31,553 bases of DNA, from positions 1-31,553 of the IMG/VR virus record IMGVR_UViG_3300020045_004320. One strand, given 5' to 3'. This DNA comes from a virus (lineage: Duplodnaviria; Caudoviricetes). The notes below the pieces were generated by a model. That model made no database searches and was not told the DNA's origin. It saw nothing but the letters and a program-made list of their open reading frames with translations. Both the position numbers and the translations under genes were made by a program. The stretch's first letter is position 1, and each line of letters opens with the position of its first letter. This document shows, piece by piece, positions 7,064 through 15,285 of the stretch.

Positions 7064-7396
7064 TTATTTCTTTAACCCCATATTTGTATTCCGTCCAACT
7101 GCCGGTTTTGCGAAATCGAAAGGGGAGGGGTCTGATTCTTGTCTCCCCCAAATTTCATCGATTTTGAATGCCTTGACTTGGATATTGTGCGGGCCGGTTG
7201 AAACGTCCGCAAGGTCTCGCACTTTGGCACATGTGTCGTCGTAAAGCTCGTAAGGCGTTTCCGTCCACGGGCCGCCGTCCATGCTCCACACGTAACCTGT
7301 AATCCCCGGTTGCGGATCGCAGACGAGCCACGGGGAGGCTTGCGCTGTTGCTGCCAAAAACACGATTGCTGCTGTGATTATCAAAAGTCTTTTCAT
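7064..7396 (-). CDS. Secreted small beta-sandwich (FN3-like) protein
   Basis: Sec signal peptide MKRLLIITAAIVFLAATAQA, GGAGG RBS, ITGY...GPHNIQVKA pattern. Confidence 0.75.
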   Translation of the reverse strand: MKRLLIITAAIVFLAATAQASPWLVCDPQPGITGYVWSMDGGPWTETPYELYDDTCAKVRDLADVSTGPHNIQVKAFKIDEIWGRQESDPSPFDFAKPAVGRNTNMGLKK

Positions 7397-7791
7397 GCTG
7401 TTGCCTCCAGTGGAATAAATTCTACAACCATCCCGTTTAACTCAGCTCCGTTGAATGTCTTCTTAACAGGCCTTAATGATTCTATTTTAACCGACCTCCT
7501 AAATAACCTTGCGTAAGCTTTCAACCGATCGATTTCGAAAGTCCCGGTCAGTTTTTTAAATGTCGGTTCGACTCGTATCAACTCGGATCGTATCCAGACC
7601 AAGATTTCAGGAAAGGCGGACATTGGAATCGATGGGCATAGTTTAACTAAAGAATTCCATGCGTGTGCTTCCCATTCTCCGTCCCCACGATAGCTTACCG
7701 GCATTGAAAATACATACCGAAGCGAGTTCTTCTCGATATAAAGCCGATAAATATAGGTTAGTTCCGTGTTTCTTTCGAGACCATGGAACAT
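7393..7791 (-). CDS. Hypothetical protein
   Basis: GGAG RBS, coupled to the next gene. Confidence 0.7.
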   Translation of the reverse strand: MFHGLERNTELTYIYRLYIEKNSLRYVFSMPVSYRGDGEWEAHAWNSLVKLCPSIPMSAFPEILVWIRSELIRVEPTFKKLTGTFEIDRLKAYARLFRRSVKIESLRPVKKTFNGAELNGMVVEFIPLEATA

Positions 7792-7794
7792 CGT

Positions 7795-7947
7795 TCAATC
7801 TCCGATATGGTCTGTAAAAGCTTGTTGAGCCGTTTCCTGCTCTCTTCTATCAACTTCACGGTGTTGCAACCACTCTTCGTATGTTCCGTGCTTTTCTCTG
7901 ATCCACTCATTTAATTCGAATACCTCGTCTTTTGTGAATGGCGGCAT
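7795..7947 (-). CDS. Hypothetical protein
   Basis: GAGG before the ATG of MPPFTK. The start is uncertain. Confidence 0.5.
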   Translation of the reverse strand: MPPFTKDEVFELNEWIREKHGTYEEWLQHREVDRREQETAQQAFTDHIGD

Positions 7948-7995
7948 ATTTGCCTCACTTGTTGGCGTAAGCGGCAGCGGCATCAACCAGCACTT

Positions 7996-8202
7996 TCATC
8001 CATTGCGAGCGATTGCGGCATTGGCCCACATAACAGCTGTTTCGAGCTCAGTAAACGCAATTGACCGCTCTCTACTATCGGGACATGCAAGTTCAATAAG
8101 GTGGGCAAGCTCTTTCGCTTTCGCTCTTATGTTTTCATATTTTTCCGCTTGCCCTGCTTTAGGTGCATGATACTTGTAAATGTTTTCAAGATCTAATTTC
8201 AT
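7996..8202 (-). CDS. Acb2/Tad1-like helical-hairpin protein (putative cyclic-nucleotide sponge, anti-defence)
   Basis: YHAPK.GQ.EKYE.IR...CPDSRERSIAFTELETAVMWANAAIAR motif and AAGGAG RBS. Confidence 0.75.
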   Translation of the reverse strand: MKLDLENIYKYHAPKAGQAEKYENIRAKAKELAHLIELACPDSRERSIAFTELETAVMWANAAIARNG

Positions 8203-8213
8203 TGTTGTTCTCC

Positions 8214-8483
8214 TTATTTGTTCGCGTAAGCTGACGCAGCATCCACTAAAACCTTCATTGCCTCAGTCTTTGAATTCTGCTTGAAATCAATAACTCTCGT
8301 GCCGTCAGGATGCGTTGTAACGGTGCAATCAATTGTTTGGTTGCCGATTCTCAAGTAAGATATATCCCCTGCCGTAAAACTTGCGCAGCTCGTGAGCCAT
8401 AAAGCAACTGCCATCAAGATCATGACCCACAAAGTCGCTGCAAATACAGCCATGAATGTCAGATTAAACCTCTTTTTCTTCAT
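8214..8483 (-). CDS. Lipoprotein, spanin-like
   Basis: Basic N-terminus, hydrophobic stretch and LTSC lipobox, in the lysis region. Confidence 0.65.
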   Translation of the reverse strand: MKKKRFNLTFMAVFAATLWVMILMAVALWLTSCASFTAGDISYLRIGNQTIDCTVTTHPDGTRVIDFKQNSKTEAMKVLVDAASAYANK

Positions 8484-8601
8484 GGCGTTTTTCTCCTAAT
8501 GGCTCGTAACCAGTGATGAAATGCTCACAGCGCAGACATTCATATCCGAGAATTTCACAATTCCAACAAGGATCTTCTTTGTTGGTTTCGGCGTCGTTCA
8601 T
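8464..8601 (-). CDS. Small Cys-rich protein (45 aa)
   Basis: MNDAETNKEDPCWNC...CLRC, ATGA-coupled to the upstream membrane gene. Confidence 0.5.
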   Translation of the reverse strand: MNDAETNKEDPCWNCEILGYECLRCEHFITGYEPLGEKRHEEKEV

Positions 8602-8762
8602 TTTTGAAGCCTGCCTACCGTAGCTCCGAACATCCCAGCGATGATATGCGTGGAAACATTCGCGGCATCGGTATTGCCACAAAGTATCAAAGAGATAGCA
8701 ATCGCAGTAGCACAAAGGAAAGCGACGATCTTCTCATCAAGGTGCTGTAAAAACGTCTCCAT
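8598..8762 (-). CDS. 54-aa two-transmembrane holin-like protein (not in ORF track)
   Basis: METFLQHLDEKIVAFLCATAIAISLILCGNTDAANVSTHIIAGMFGATVGRLQK*. Confidence 0.65.
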   Translation of the reverse strand: METFLQHLDEKIVAFLCATAIAISLILCGNTDAANVSTHIIAGMFGATVGRLQK

Positions 8763-9153
8763 GCCTATCGTCTCCTAAGCCAAAAAAAGTCCCGACATCA
8801 CGCACGGCGCGATACCACATATTCGCTCGCCATTCCCACATCCCATCCTCTATGCAAATCGTCCGGAGGAGAGCGTCGAACAACGGCTTATAAAGCGATT
8901 TCAACAATACCCCCATACGTATGAGCTGATACCCAATATCGTGCCATAGCGATGCTCTTATGCTGCTTTTAGTGTCAAACGTTGGACCGCTTGCCCCGTC
9001 CCATGCATAACCGGATTTGCCTACCAATTCCCCGACTGGAAGGATCTTGATGTAATCATCCTCGTAAGAAATGCCTTTCAGCCAGTCTAATTTTATCCAT
9101 GCGCTTTTGGCAAGTCGGTATTTGTAGCCATTGATTTTTTGGTATTTGATCAT
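8737..9153 (-). CDS. DUF1353-like protein
   Basis: GYAWDGASGPT...ASLWHD..YQL...RA..WY.AVR. Start MIKYQ at 9153 with ATGA overlap. Confidence 0.8.
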   Translation of the reverse strand: MIKYQKINGYKYRLAKSAWIKLDWLKGISYEDDYIKILPVGELVGKSGYAWDGASGPTFDTKSSIRASLWHDIGYQLIRMGVLLKSLYKPLFDALLRTICIEDGMWEWRANMWYRAVRDVGTFFGLGDDRHGDVFTAP

Positions 9154-9464
9154 TTTGTCCACGGCACCCCCGGAAAAAGTTTTGATAGCATCCAAACAAA
9201 CGCGCCACCGAATACGATGCATACGAAAACGTTTCCGGCCGTATTACGCACATTTATAACGGTTTTCATAAGCCTGAACGACTCCCGGAGCTTGACAGGC
9301 GGATACTCGTGCAGGAGGTTTTTCAGATCCATAAGGCCTTCCCTGTCTTCAGATGAGAATCCAACCAAACACCGATGGACGTTTTCCTCAAAAGCCTTAT
9401 GGACAGCCTCTTGAATTGCAAGCAAAACAGCGGGGGATACTTCATGTCGTCGATCTTCAGCCAT
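9150..9464 (-). CDS. Membrane protein with a C-terminal TM segment (holin/antiholin-like)
   Basis: Hydrophobic VFVCIVFGGAFVWML, directly after the endolysin. Confidence 0.65.
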   Translation of the reverse strand: MAEDRRHEVSPAVLLAIQEAVHKAFEENVHRCLVGFSSEDREGLMDLKNLLHEYPPVKLRESFRLMKTVINVRNTAGNVFVCIVFGGAFVWMLSKLFPGVPWTK

Positions 9465-9892
9465 TATATCAACTCCGCAAGTTTTTGGTATCGCGCTGGA
9501 AGCTCCCGGGCCGCGTCCGAGTCAAGGATCTCGGCTTTTACCCGAACCCAATCCCCACACATTGCCGCAGAGATCATTTGCCTGAATCCACGGAAACGAG
9601 TATATCCAAGGTTGTAAATCATTTCAATGAGCACTTCTTGTCTGTTTTGAGGCCATGCAGAAAATCTGGAATAGCCGAACACGGCCCAAGCGTCTTTCTG
9701 TGCCAGCACTATCCGGTGGTTCAGCAGCCAGTCAGACTCTTCACGGTCAATGTGATGGATGTTGAGCCCCACACCGATTGTCAAGTTGCCTTTTAGCGCG
9801 TCCCCCTTGCGAAACGGCTTGCCTGTCGCATCGTCGTAAACCTCGAAGCGTTCGCCCTCGTTCTGTTTCAGCCTGTCAACCAGATTCGTCAT
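9464..9892 (-). CDS. Endolysin, GH24/T4-like lysozyme
   Basis: LKQNEG...YDD..G....LTIGVG.N catalytic region and EMIYNLG..RF.GF..M. Confidence 0.9.
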   Translation of the reverse strand: MTNLVDRLKQNEGERFEVYDDATGKPFRKGDALKGNLTIGVGLNIHHIDREESDWLLNHRIVLAQKDAWAVFGYSRFSAWPQNRQEVLIEMIYNLGYTRFRGFRQMISAAMCGDWVRVKAEILDSDAARELPARYQKLAELI

Positions 9893-10293
9893 GAAGAAAT
9901 CCCTTTCAATTTACTACGACCAATTCGAGGATGGATGTGGGCGCTGAATTCGGATAATTTGGAGATATATTTCTTCTTTATTTCACCCGTTTTCACGTCA
10001 ATGTCAACCAAAAAGCAGCGCTCACCGTCACTCCATCCTATCGTCCAAATACTTATTTTTTTCTGGACACCATTAGCCCACTCCTGACCAGCCCACCGGA
10101 AGCACATGAAGAACAGAAAATTCGAATGCTGGCGGTCAACGTGAAGGCGTTTCCCGCAGATGTTCACCACTATTTTGACGACCTTTTCCCATTCAACACG
10201 ACGCCAATTGATCACACGGGAATCCATTACCAGGCCATCCGATAGATGGTATTCTTGCCATCGATCCCGGTATGCAGAATCCAGCATCATCAT
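9889..10293 (-). CDS. Hypothetical protein
   Basis: Coupled overlaps on both sides. Confidence 0.75.
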   Translation of the reverse strand: MMMLDSAYRDRWQEYHLSDGLVMDSRVINWRRVEWEKVVKIVVNICGKRLHVDRQHSNFLFFMCFRWAGQEWANGVQKKISIWTIGWSDGERCFLVDIDVKTGEIKKKYISKLSEFSAHIHPRIGRSKLKGISS

Positions 10294-10865
10294 GAGAAAC
10301 TATATTTGAAAGACATTTGAAGGCCCATGCCGGCGTCAGTCCCCTTGTAAATTCCAACCGTCTCACTCGCCGCAATAGCGAGATAAACAGCGAACATAAC
10401 CACATCATCGGCAGTCGTGGAAAGCGCCATGCTCGTTCCCTCATCCGATGGCCACACGTTTTGACTCGGCTCGGCCTCTGGCATATCCGCCCACGTGTAA
10501 CTGGCAACCACGCCATCGGCTACATAGTTGGCCGTGAGAGATGGAACGGCCTTGTCAGCGCCGGATAACGGCCGCATTTTAACGACGCTTCCGGCCTGAT
10601 CGAACCCAATGGCGTTCATCCAGATTTTGAACGTTTCAACCACGGTATTCCCGCCATCGGCCGTAACATCCCAAAGAATTGTTTTTACGCCAGAGTTAGC
10701 GGCCCCGGCGGATATATCGATGGTTCCAAAATCAACTTCGCTTCCAACCCCGGTGGCCACAACGGACGACCCGGTGATGGCCGCAAGCCGCTCCGCCGCC
10801 GTGTCCAAAGCAATCACCGCCGTACTTTGTGGGATCAGCCTAAATCTTGTTGTTGGATCTGCCAT
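10290..10865 (-). CDS. Hypothetical, probably virion beta-rich protein
   Basis: AAGGAG RBS, Ala/Thr/Gly-rich, within the tail-tip cluster. Confidence 0.7.
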   Translation of the reverse strand: MADPTTRFRLIPQSTAVIALDTAAERLAAITGSSVVATGVGSEVDFGTIDISAGAANSGVKTILWDVTADGGNTVVETFKIWMNAIGFDQAGSVVKMRPLSGADKAVPSLTANYVADGVVASYTWADMPEAEPSQNVWPSDEGTSMALSTTADDVVMFAVYLAIAASETVGIYKGTDAGMGLQMSFKYSFS

Positions 10866-10875
10866 ATTTTACTCC

Positions 10876-11727
10876 TTACATGCATACCCAGATTAGGGGT
10901 TGGGACGTTGACGAAAAGATATTATATTCCTCGGTTTTGTTCTGCCGATCAGTTTGCACGGCCCCCATACAAAGGCCAGCAGACTGAGATCCAGCACCAG
11001 CGGCCCCGTATTTTATCTGTAACAAATTACCACCGATTGCCCATGCTGTACCGTCATACTCCTCGGTATCATCCATATAGGTCTCGGACCCGGAACCACC
11101 AAACGAAAGCCCCTCGTCAAGTGTTCCACACGCCGATAGGTACATTCTCGCCACATTTAGGTTCCCTCCTGACGCCCACGTTGAGCCATTATATTCCTCT
11201 GTGGATGCAATATATGTGGATGCATCCGAGCCACCCATGCAAAGCCCAGCGACTTGAGATCCAGCACCAGCAGTATACCAACGGGCTGTTATCAAATCCC
11301 CCGCAGTACTCCATGATGATCCGTCATACTCCTCGGTTTTTTTAGATATTGGAGCGGTTCCTCCGGTGCACATTCCTGCTGTTTGGGTGCCCATTCCTGC
11401 AAGCGCATAGCGAGAAGATATAAGATTACCACCAGAGGACCACGTTGAGCCATCATACTCCTCAGTATAATTTCTCTGTGCGCCATCGAATCCTCCCATG
11501 CACAATCCGGCTGTTTGAGTTCCGGCACCGGCTAAATACATCCTCCCGGCTATAAGATTGCCACCAGAGGACCACGTTGAACCATCATACTCCTCGGTTT
11601 CAACTCTATAATATGGCGATGTAGCATTACGACCCCCCATACAAAGCCCTGCGGCTTGAGATCCAGAGCCAGCCAGTCCAAACCTTCCGGTATTTAAATT
11701 TCCACCAGCCGACCACACTCCGCTCAT
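10876..11727 (-). CDS. Six-blade kelch-like beta-propeller protein
   Basis: Six ~43-49-aa repeats of W..GGNL...R...AG.G.Q.AGLC.GG...TEEYDG. Confidence 0.9.
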   Translation of the reverse strand: MSGVWSAGGNLNTGRFGLAGSGSQAAGLCMGGRNATSPYYRVETEEYDGSTWSSGGNLIAGRMYLAGAGTQTAGLCMGGFDGAQRNYTEEYDGSTWSSGGNLISSRYALAGMGTQTAGMCTGGTAPISKKTEEYDGSSWSTAGDLITARWYTAGAGSQVAGLCMGGSDASTYIASTEEYNGSTWASGGNLNVARMYLSACGTLDEGLSFGGSGSETYMDDTEEYDGTAWAIGGNLLQIKYGAAGAGSQSAGLCMGAVQTDRQNKTEEYNIFSSTSQPLIWVCM

Positions 11728-12323
11728 TGCCCGCGCCCCAATTTTATTGCCATATCAGCCAATCCAAGCACATTCCGCGCATCAGCAACCGCGGTGTGCT
11801 CATTCACCAACCGAGCCTGATTCGCGAATTTTATTTGCATGGCTTCCAATTGGTGGGCATCGACGTCTTGATCGCCATACTTTAAATGTGGGAGCAATTC
11901 TGCTTTTATTGCTGACCACTCTTTGATTTCCCGAATTCGATCACGCGCCGTCAATTCCATATTCATAGCCATGAATTGTTTTTTCTCGATCTCAACCTGA
12001 AGTAATTCCTGTTCGATATCATCGCCTTCTCGGTCCTTTTCGCGTTTCAACTTTCGGATTTCCAAAGCGTTTTTACGGTATTCATACGACAGCATGACGA
12101 GCTCAGTGAACATCACGTTTTGTTCTCTCACCGCTTGCCAGTATTTCGAATCCCATGTGGGGCATTTCATGTCATTGGTTACTGAAACCTTCATTTCCGT
12201 CCGGGTACGAAAAATCTGAACCGTATCCATCGTCTGAAGAAGTTCGGATTTCATTTTTGATAGCTCAGAAAAGTCAGAATCCGTCAAAACCCGGGCGCCC
12301 TTGATTATTTCTAATCCGTTCAT
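11724..12323 (-). CDS. Coiled-coil hypothetical protein coupled to the kelch gene
   Basis: AAGGAG RBS before MNGLE at 12323, QIFRTRTEM...KYWQAVREQ motif. Confidence 0.75.
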   Translation of the reverse strand: MNGLEIIKGARVLTDSDFSELSKMKSELLQTMDTVQIFRTRTEMKVSVTNDMKCPTWDSKYWQAVREQNVMFTELVMLSYEYRKNALEIRKLKREKDREGDDIEQELLQVEIEKKQFMAMNMELTARDRIREIKEWSAIKAELLPHLKYGDQDVDAHQLEAMQIKFANQARLVNEHTAVADARNVLGLADMAIKLGRGQ

Positions 12324-14497
12324 GCGAATGTGCTCTCCTTTATGCCTACCAGTGTCCACCCGATGTCAGCAAGCGTCGTGTCGTTTGTGGCCGGGCCGGT
12401 TATGGCCAAAACATCTCCAACCGCAAAAGATACCTTGGATGTGAAAGAAAAAGTGGCCACAGTTCCAGCCGCCGCAAATGTTGCAGTTCCTATAGACGAG
12501 CCGTTCTTTTTTATAGTGAAAACCGTTGAAGCCGTGGCAGCCGTATCCGCGTAAAAATGTGACCCGGTAAGCGCTATAGGAAAAGCGAATGGCCGAACAG
12601 CCTTGAATTTAAATATCGAGTAACTTGCCGTTGTGATTTTGCCATTATACATCCCGCAAAGGTCATACCCAGATATCTCCTGAACGGTCAGCTCAACGGC
12701 CTCCTCGGTATCATCGGCATTGGTGTAGGTCCCTACAAACGTGGCTGGGCCATTGATTTCCGTCAAATCCTCTTCTGGATCAGTCGGGTCCGTTATCACC
12801 AAATCGTCATACAACCGAGAGTCATACGTCCTTCCGGTAATTTCAAAACTCTTTGACCTGTTCATCCGGATACTATCGATCAGGTAATCCCCATAAACCC
12901 CGCCATCATAATCCGTATAAACAACAAACCGATCTCCTCGCCGCGCTGTTTTTGCTTCCGGCCCTGCTGAAATATCAATCATCGGATCAGAGTAAAGCTC
13001 CTTATTCACGATGTTCGAAAGGTATTTCTTTGCCGTCACCGTTCTGTTGACGGCTTTAAGCTGGATTGTTGTGTCCGTTCCGTAATCCACGCATGCCTGC
13101 TTTTCTATCTCGTAATTAAAAGACTCTCCCTTCATGTTCTCGTAAAATCCGTATTGCAATTTCACAAGAGCCTTCGCTTGAGACGCGGGGGTATCATATT
13201 TTTTATTGATGATGCAGTTTTTATAAAATCCGTCATTGTACCCGAAATAAAAAGAGATGTCTTTCGGGATGTCAACGAGCACTGACCACTTACCATCGTA
13301 CCGTCGATACGGAGTCACCGGAGTATATTTTAATATCTCGTCAAGCCAATCCCCAGCCCGTCTCTGCTCACCGCCGATGTTTATAGACGTCCAGTATTTG
13401 AAATTTGCTGAATTCGTTGTGCCCTCAAGAGCCCATAATTTTTCGATTAAACCGGTTGATGATGTGAGATCAACGCCATAGGGATCGTCAACCCCTTGAG
13501 GGCTTCCCAGAACGGTATGAACCGCGTCAAGAAGATGCTCCGAATCTCCTATCCCCGTTGCCCCGGCGGAAGCCCACCCAAACCCGTCAACGTCAGCGAA
13601 TATCTCAACATAATTTCCACCGTAATCGGTTTGCTGCTCTGTGAACCTGATAGCGAGTATCCCAGGATACGTTGTTCCGTTTAAAACCGTGTATTCAGTG
13701 GATGGCACAATTTTTGTTCGGTAGACCGTTGTTGGGCCGATAGTGCCGTAATACCCGACGGCATAATCGTATTCATCCACGGTGGTATCGTTTTTGATGT
13801 TCGGACATGGAATTTTCTTGCAAGGGCCAAGGGGGAGATTGATCGGCCGGCCGATACCTTTTGCGGTTGCATGGAAGCGTTCGATTGTTACGATATCCTT
13901 GGGCAACAGCTGGTTAAACACCGCATCATCACTGTTATTTAGGTTAAGCGTTATTCCGGTGTCGTCCCACTCGCACGAGTCGACTTTCCCGAAAAAGTCA
14001 ATCAGATCGCTGTGGGACTCGCCCACAAGCGGGTCGTAATTGGTCAGCTTTCCCCATTTGGTTTTGAGATTGTAAGTTTCGGCGATGGCCGCCATGGATA
14101 GATCGGTTGACAGGCCACGACCAACATTTTTGATGGTTATCGAAAGCGAGTTTGACTGCTCTATACCATACTGGATGTCTTTAAGCGCTTCGGATGTTGT
14201 GGGCCATTCCAGGCCCTTGAGATACTCGTTTCCAAGCTCATCAACATAATAACTTGTGGCATATCTGAGCGTTAAAGATTCACTGACCACGAGTTCAAAC
14301 AGCGCTACCGGAACCCGCGATTGTTTTACGTTTACGGATACAAGAGTCCGGAAATCAAGTAAATCCGTATCTGTATCAAAGACTTTCGCCTTGAAATCAA
14401 GCAAGTCTATATCCGAATCCAACACCCTGGCCTTTAAATCCAAGAGGTCGGTATCGGTTCGAAAAAGCCTTACTTTAAAATCAAGAAGATCAGTCAT
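12320..14497 (-). CDS. Tail tip / hub protein
   Basis: Second gene after the tape measure, 725 aa, with a beta-rich C-terminal domain. Confidence 0.7.
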   Translation of the reverse strand: MTDLLDFKVRLFRTDTDLLDLKARVLDSDIDLLDFKAKVFDTDTDLLDFRTLVSVNVKQSRVPVALFELVVSESLTLRYATSYYVDELGNEYLKGLEWPTTSEALKDIQYGIEQSNSLSITIKNVGRGLSTDLSMAAIAETYNLKTKWGKLTNYDPLVGESHSDLIDFFGKVDSCEWDDTGITLNLNNSDDAVFNQLLPKDIVTIERFHATAKGIGRPINLPLGPCKKIPCPNIKNDTTVDEYDYAVGYYGTIGPTTVYRTKIVPSTEYTVLNGTTYPGILAIRFTEQQTDYGGNYVEIFADVDGFGWASAGATGIGDSEHLLDAVHTVLGSPQGVDDPYGVDLTSSTGLIEKLWALEGTTNSANFKYWTSINIGGEQRRAGDWLDEILKYTPVTPYRRYDGKWSVLVDIPKDISFYFGYNDGFYKNCIINKKYDTPASQAKALVKLQYGFYENMKGESFNYEIEKQACVDYGTDTTIQLKAVNRTVTAKKYLSNIVNKELYSDPMIDISAGPEAKTARRGDRFVVYTDYDGGVYGDYLIDSIRMNRSKSFEITGRTYDSRLYDDLVITDPTDPEEDLTEINGPATFVGTYTNADDTEEAVELTVQEISGYDLCGMYNGKITTASYSIFKFKAVRPFAFPIALTGSHFYADTAATASTVFTIKKNGSSIGTATFAAAGTVATFSFTSKVSFAVGDVLAITGPATNDTTLADIGWTLVGIKESTFA
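14345..14497 (-). repeat. Four 42-bp (14-aa) tandem repeats DLLD(F/L)(K/R) at the tail tip protein N-terminus
   Basis: Units start near 14351, 14393, 14435 and 14477. Confidence 0.85.
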
Positions 14498-15285
14498 TAT
14501 TTAGCCTCTAACATGTAGGCTTCTTTTATTTTTATCGTATTTCCGGAAACGCCATTCGGAGAAAACCACGATGTTTCTATCGAATCTTCCCGGACGCACA
14601 GGTACGCCGCCGAAGTGTTTCCTTCGTTTTCGTAATAGACAAACGGAAGTGACATATCCATTCGGTTTACTGTCCACAACTCCGACTCGCTTGTTTTGGC
14701 CCTGTTCCCAAAAACGAGGCTACCTTCCCATCGTATTCTTTCTGCTGTTGGGATTCGTTCGTTTATAGATTCGTTGTAAAAATGCTTCCCGGTCTGGCCG
14801 TATCCCCATGCCATGTTTTTTGATAATTCCGTAACCGATGACAAAAGGCAAACAGTTCCGATTTGCCATTTTGTGGTATAACTCCCTACTGCCGTGGTCC
14901 CGGAAGGGATGAAAATTCTCAAATACTGATATGAGAAGGCCGTCAATGGGATGTAAATATGATACCGTCCTGTTATCGGATTCTGAGAAACGGTCAAATC
15001 CGTGCCGGCGTAAGTTGGGGCGCCCCATGCGTCCGAATCATGGCCCTGGATCTTGACCTTGTTGAAATTCACATCATTCAAAAAAATCCCGGTGAGCGTT
15101 TGAGCAGAACCGAAATTAAATTTTAATAGGTAGTCATTCGCGGTCACATCATTGGCTCGGAAGTTACGCTCTAAATCCCACCGGTCCATTACGTTGGCCT
15201 TAGTTCTCCCGCCGGCTGCCTGCGATCGTGCCGTGATCGAAGCGTCGGCAACGTCAACGAACGAATTTGAAAGAATGATCGGCAT
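14497..15285 (-). CDS. Distal tail-like protein
   Basis: Immediately follows the tape measure gene, beta-rich. Confidence 0.65.
   Translation of the reverse strand: MPIILSNSFVDVADASITARSQAAGGRTKANVMDRWDLERNFRANDVTANDYLLKFNFGSAQTLTGIFLNDVNFNKVKIQGHDSDAWGAPTYAGTDLTVSQNPITGRYHIYIPLTAFSYQYLRIFIPSGTTAVGSYTTKWQIGTVCLLSSVTELSKNMAWGYGQTGKHFYNESINERIPTAERIRWEGSLVFGNRAKTSESELWTVNRMDMSLPFVYYENEGNTSAAYLCVREDSIETSWFSPNGVSGNTIKIKEAYMLEAK

Noticed and set aside
8602-8715. Cys-rich N-terminal extension of ORF 8464..8715
   Set aside because: Better explained by the overlapping two-TM ORF 8598..8762 in another frame, with an ATGA-coupled start at 8601.
10876-11727. Diversity-generating retroelement acting on the kelch or tail genes
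   Set aside because: No reverse transcriptase in the window, and I found no TR/VR pair with adenine-specific mismatches. The ninB pair differs at all base types, largely synonymously.
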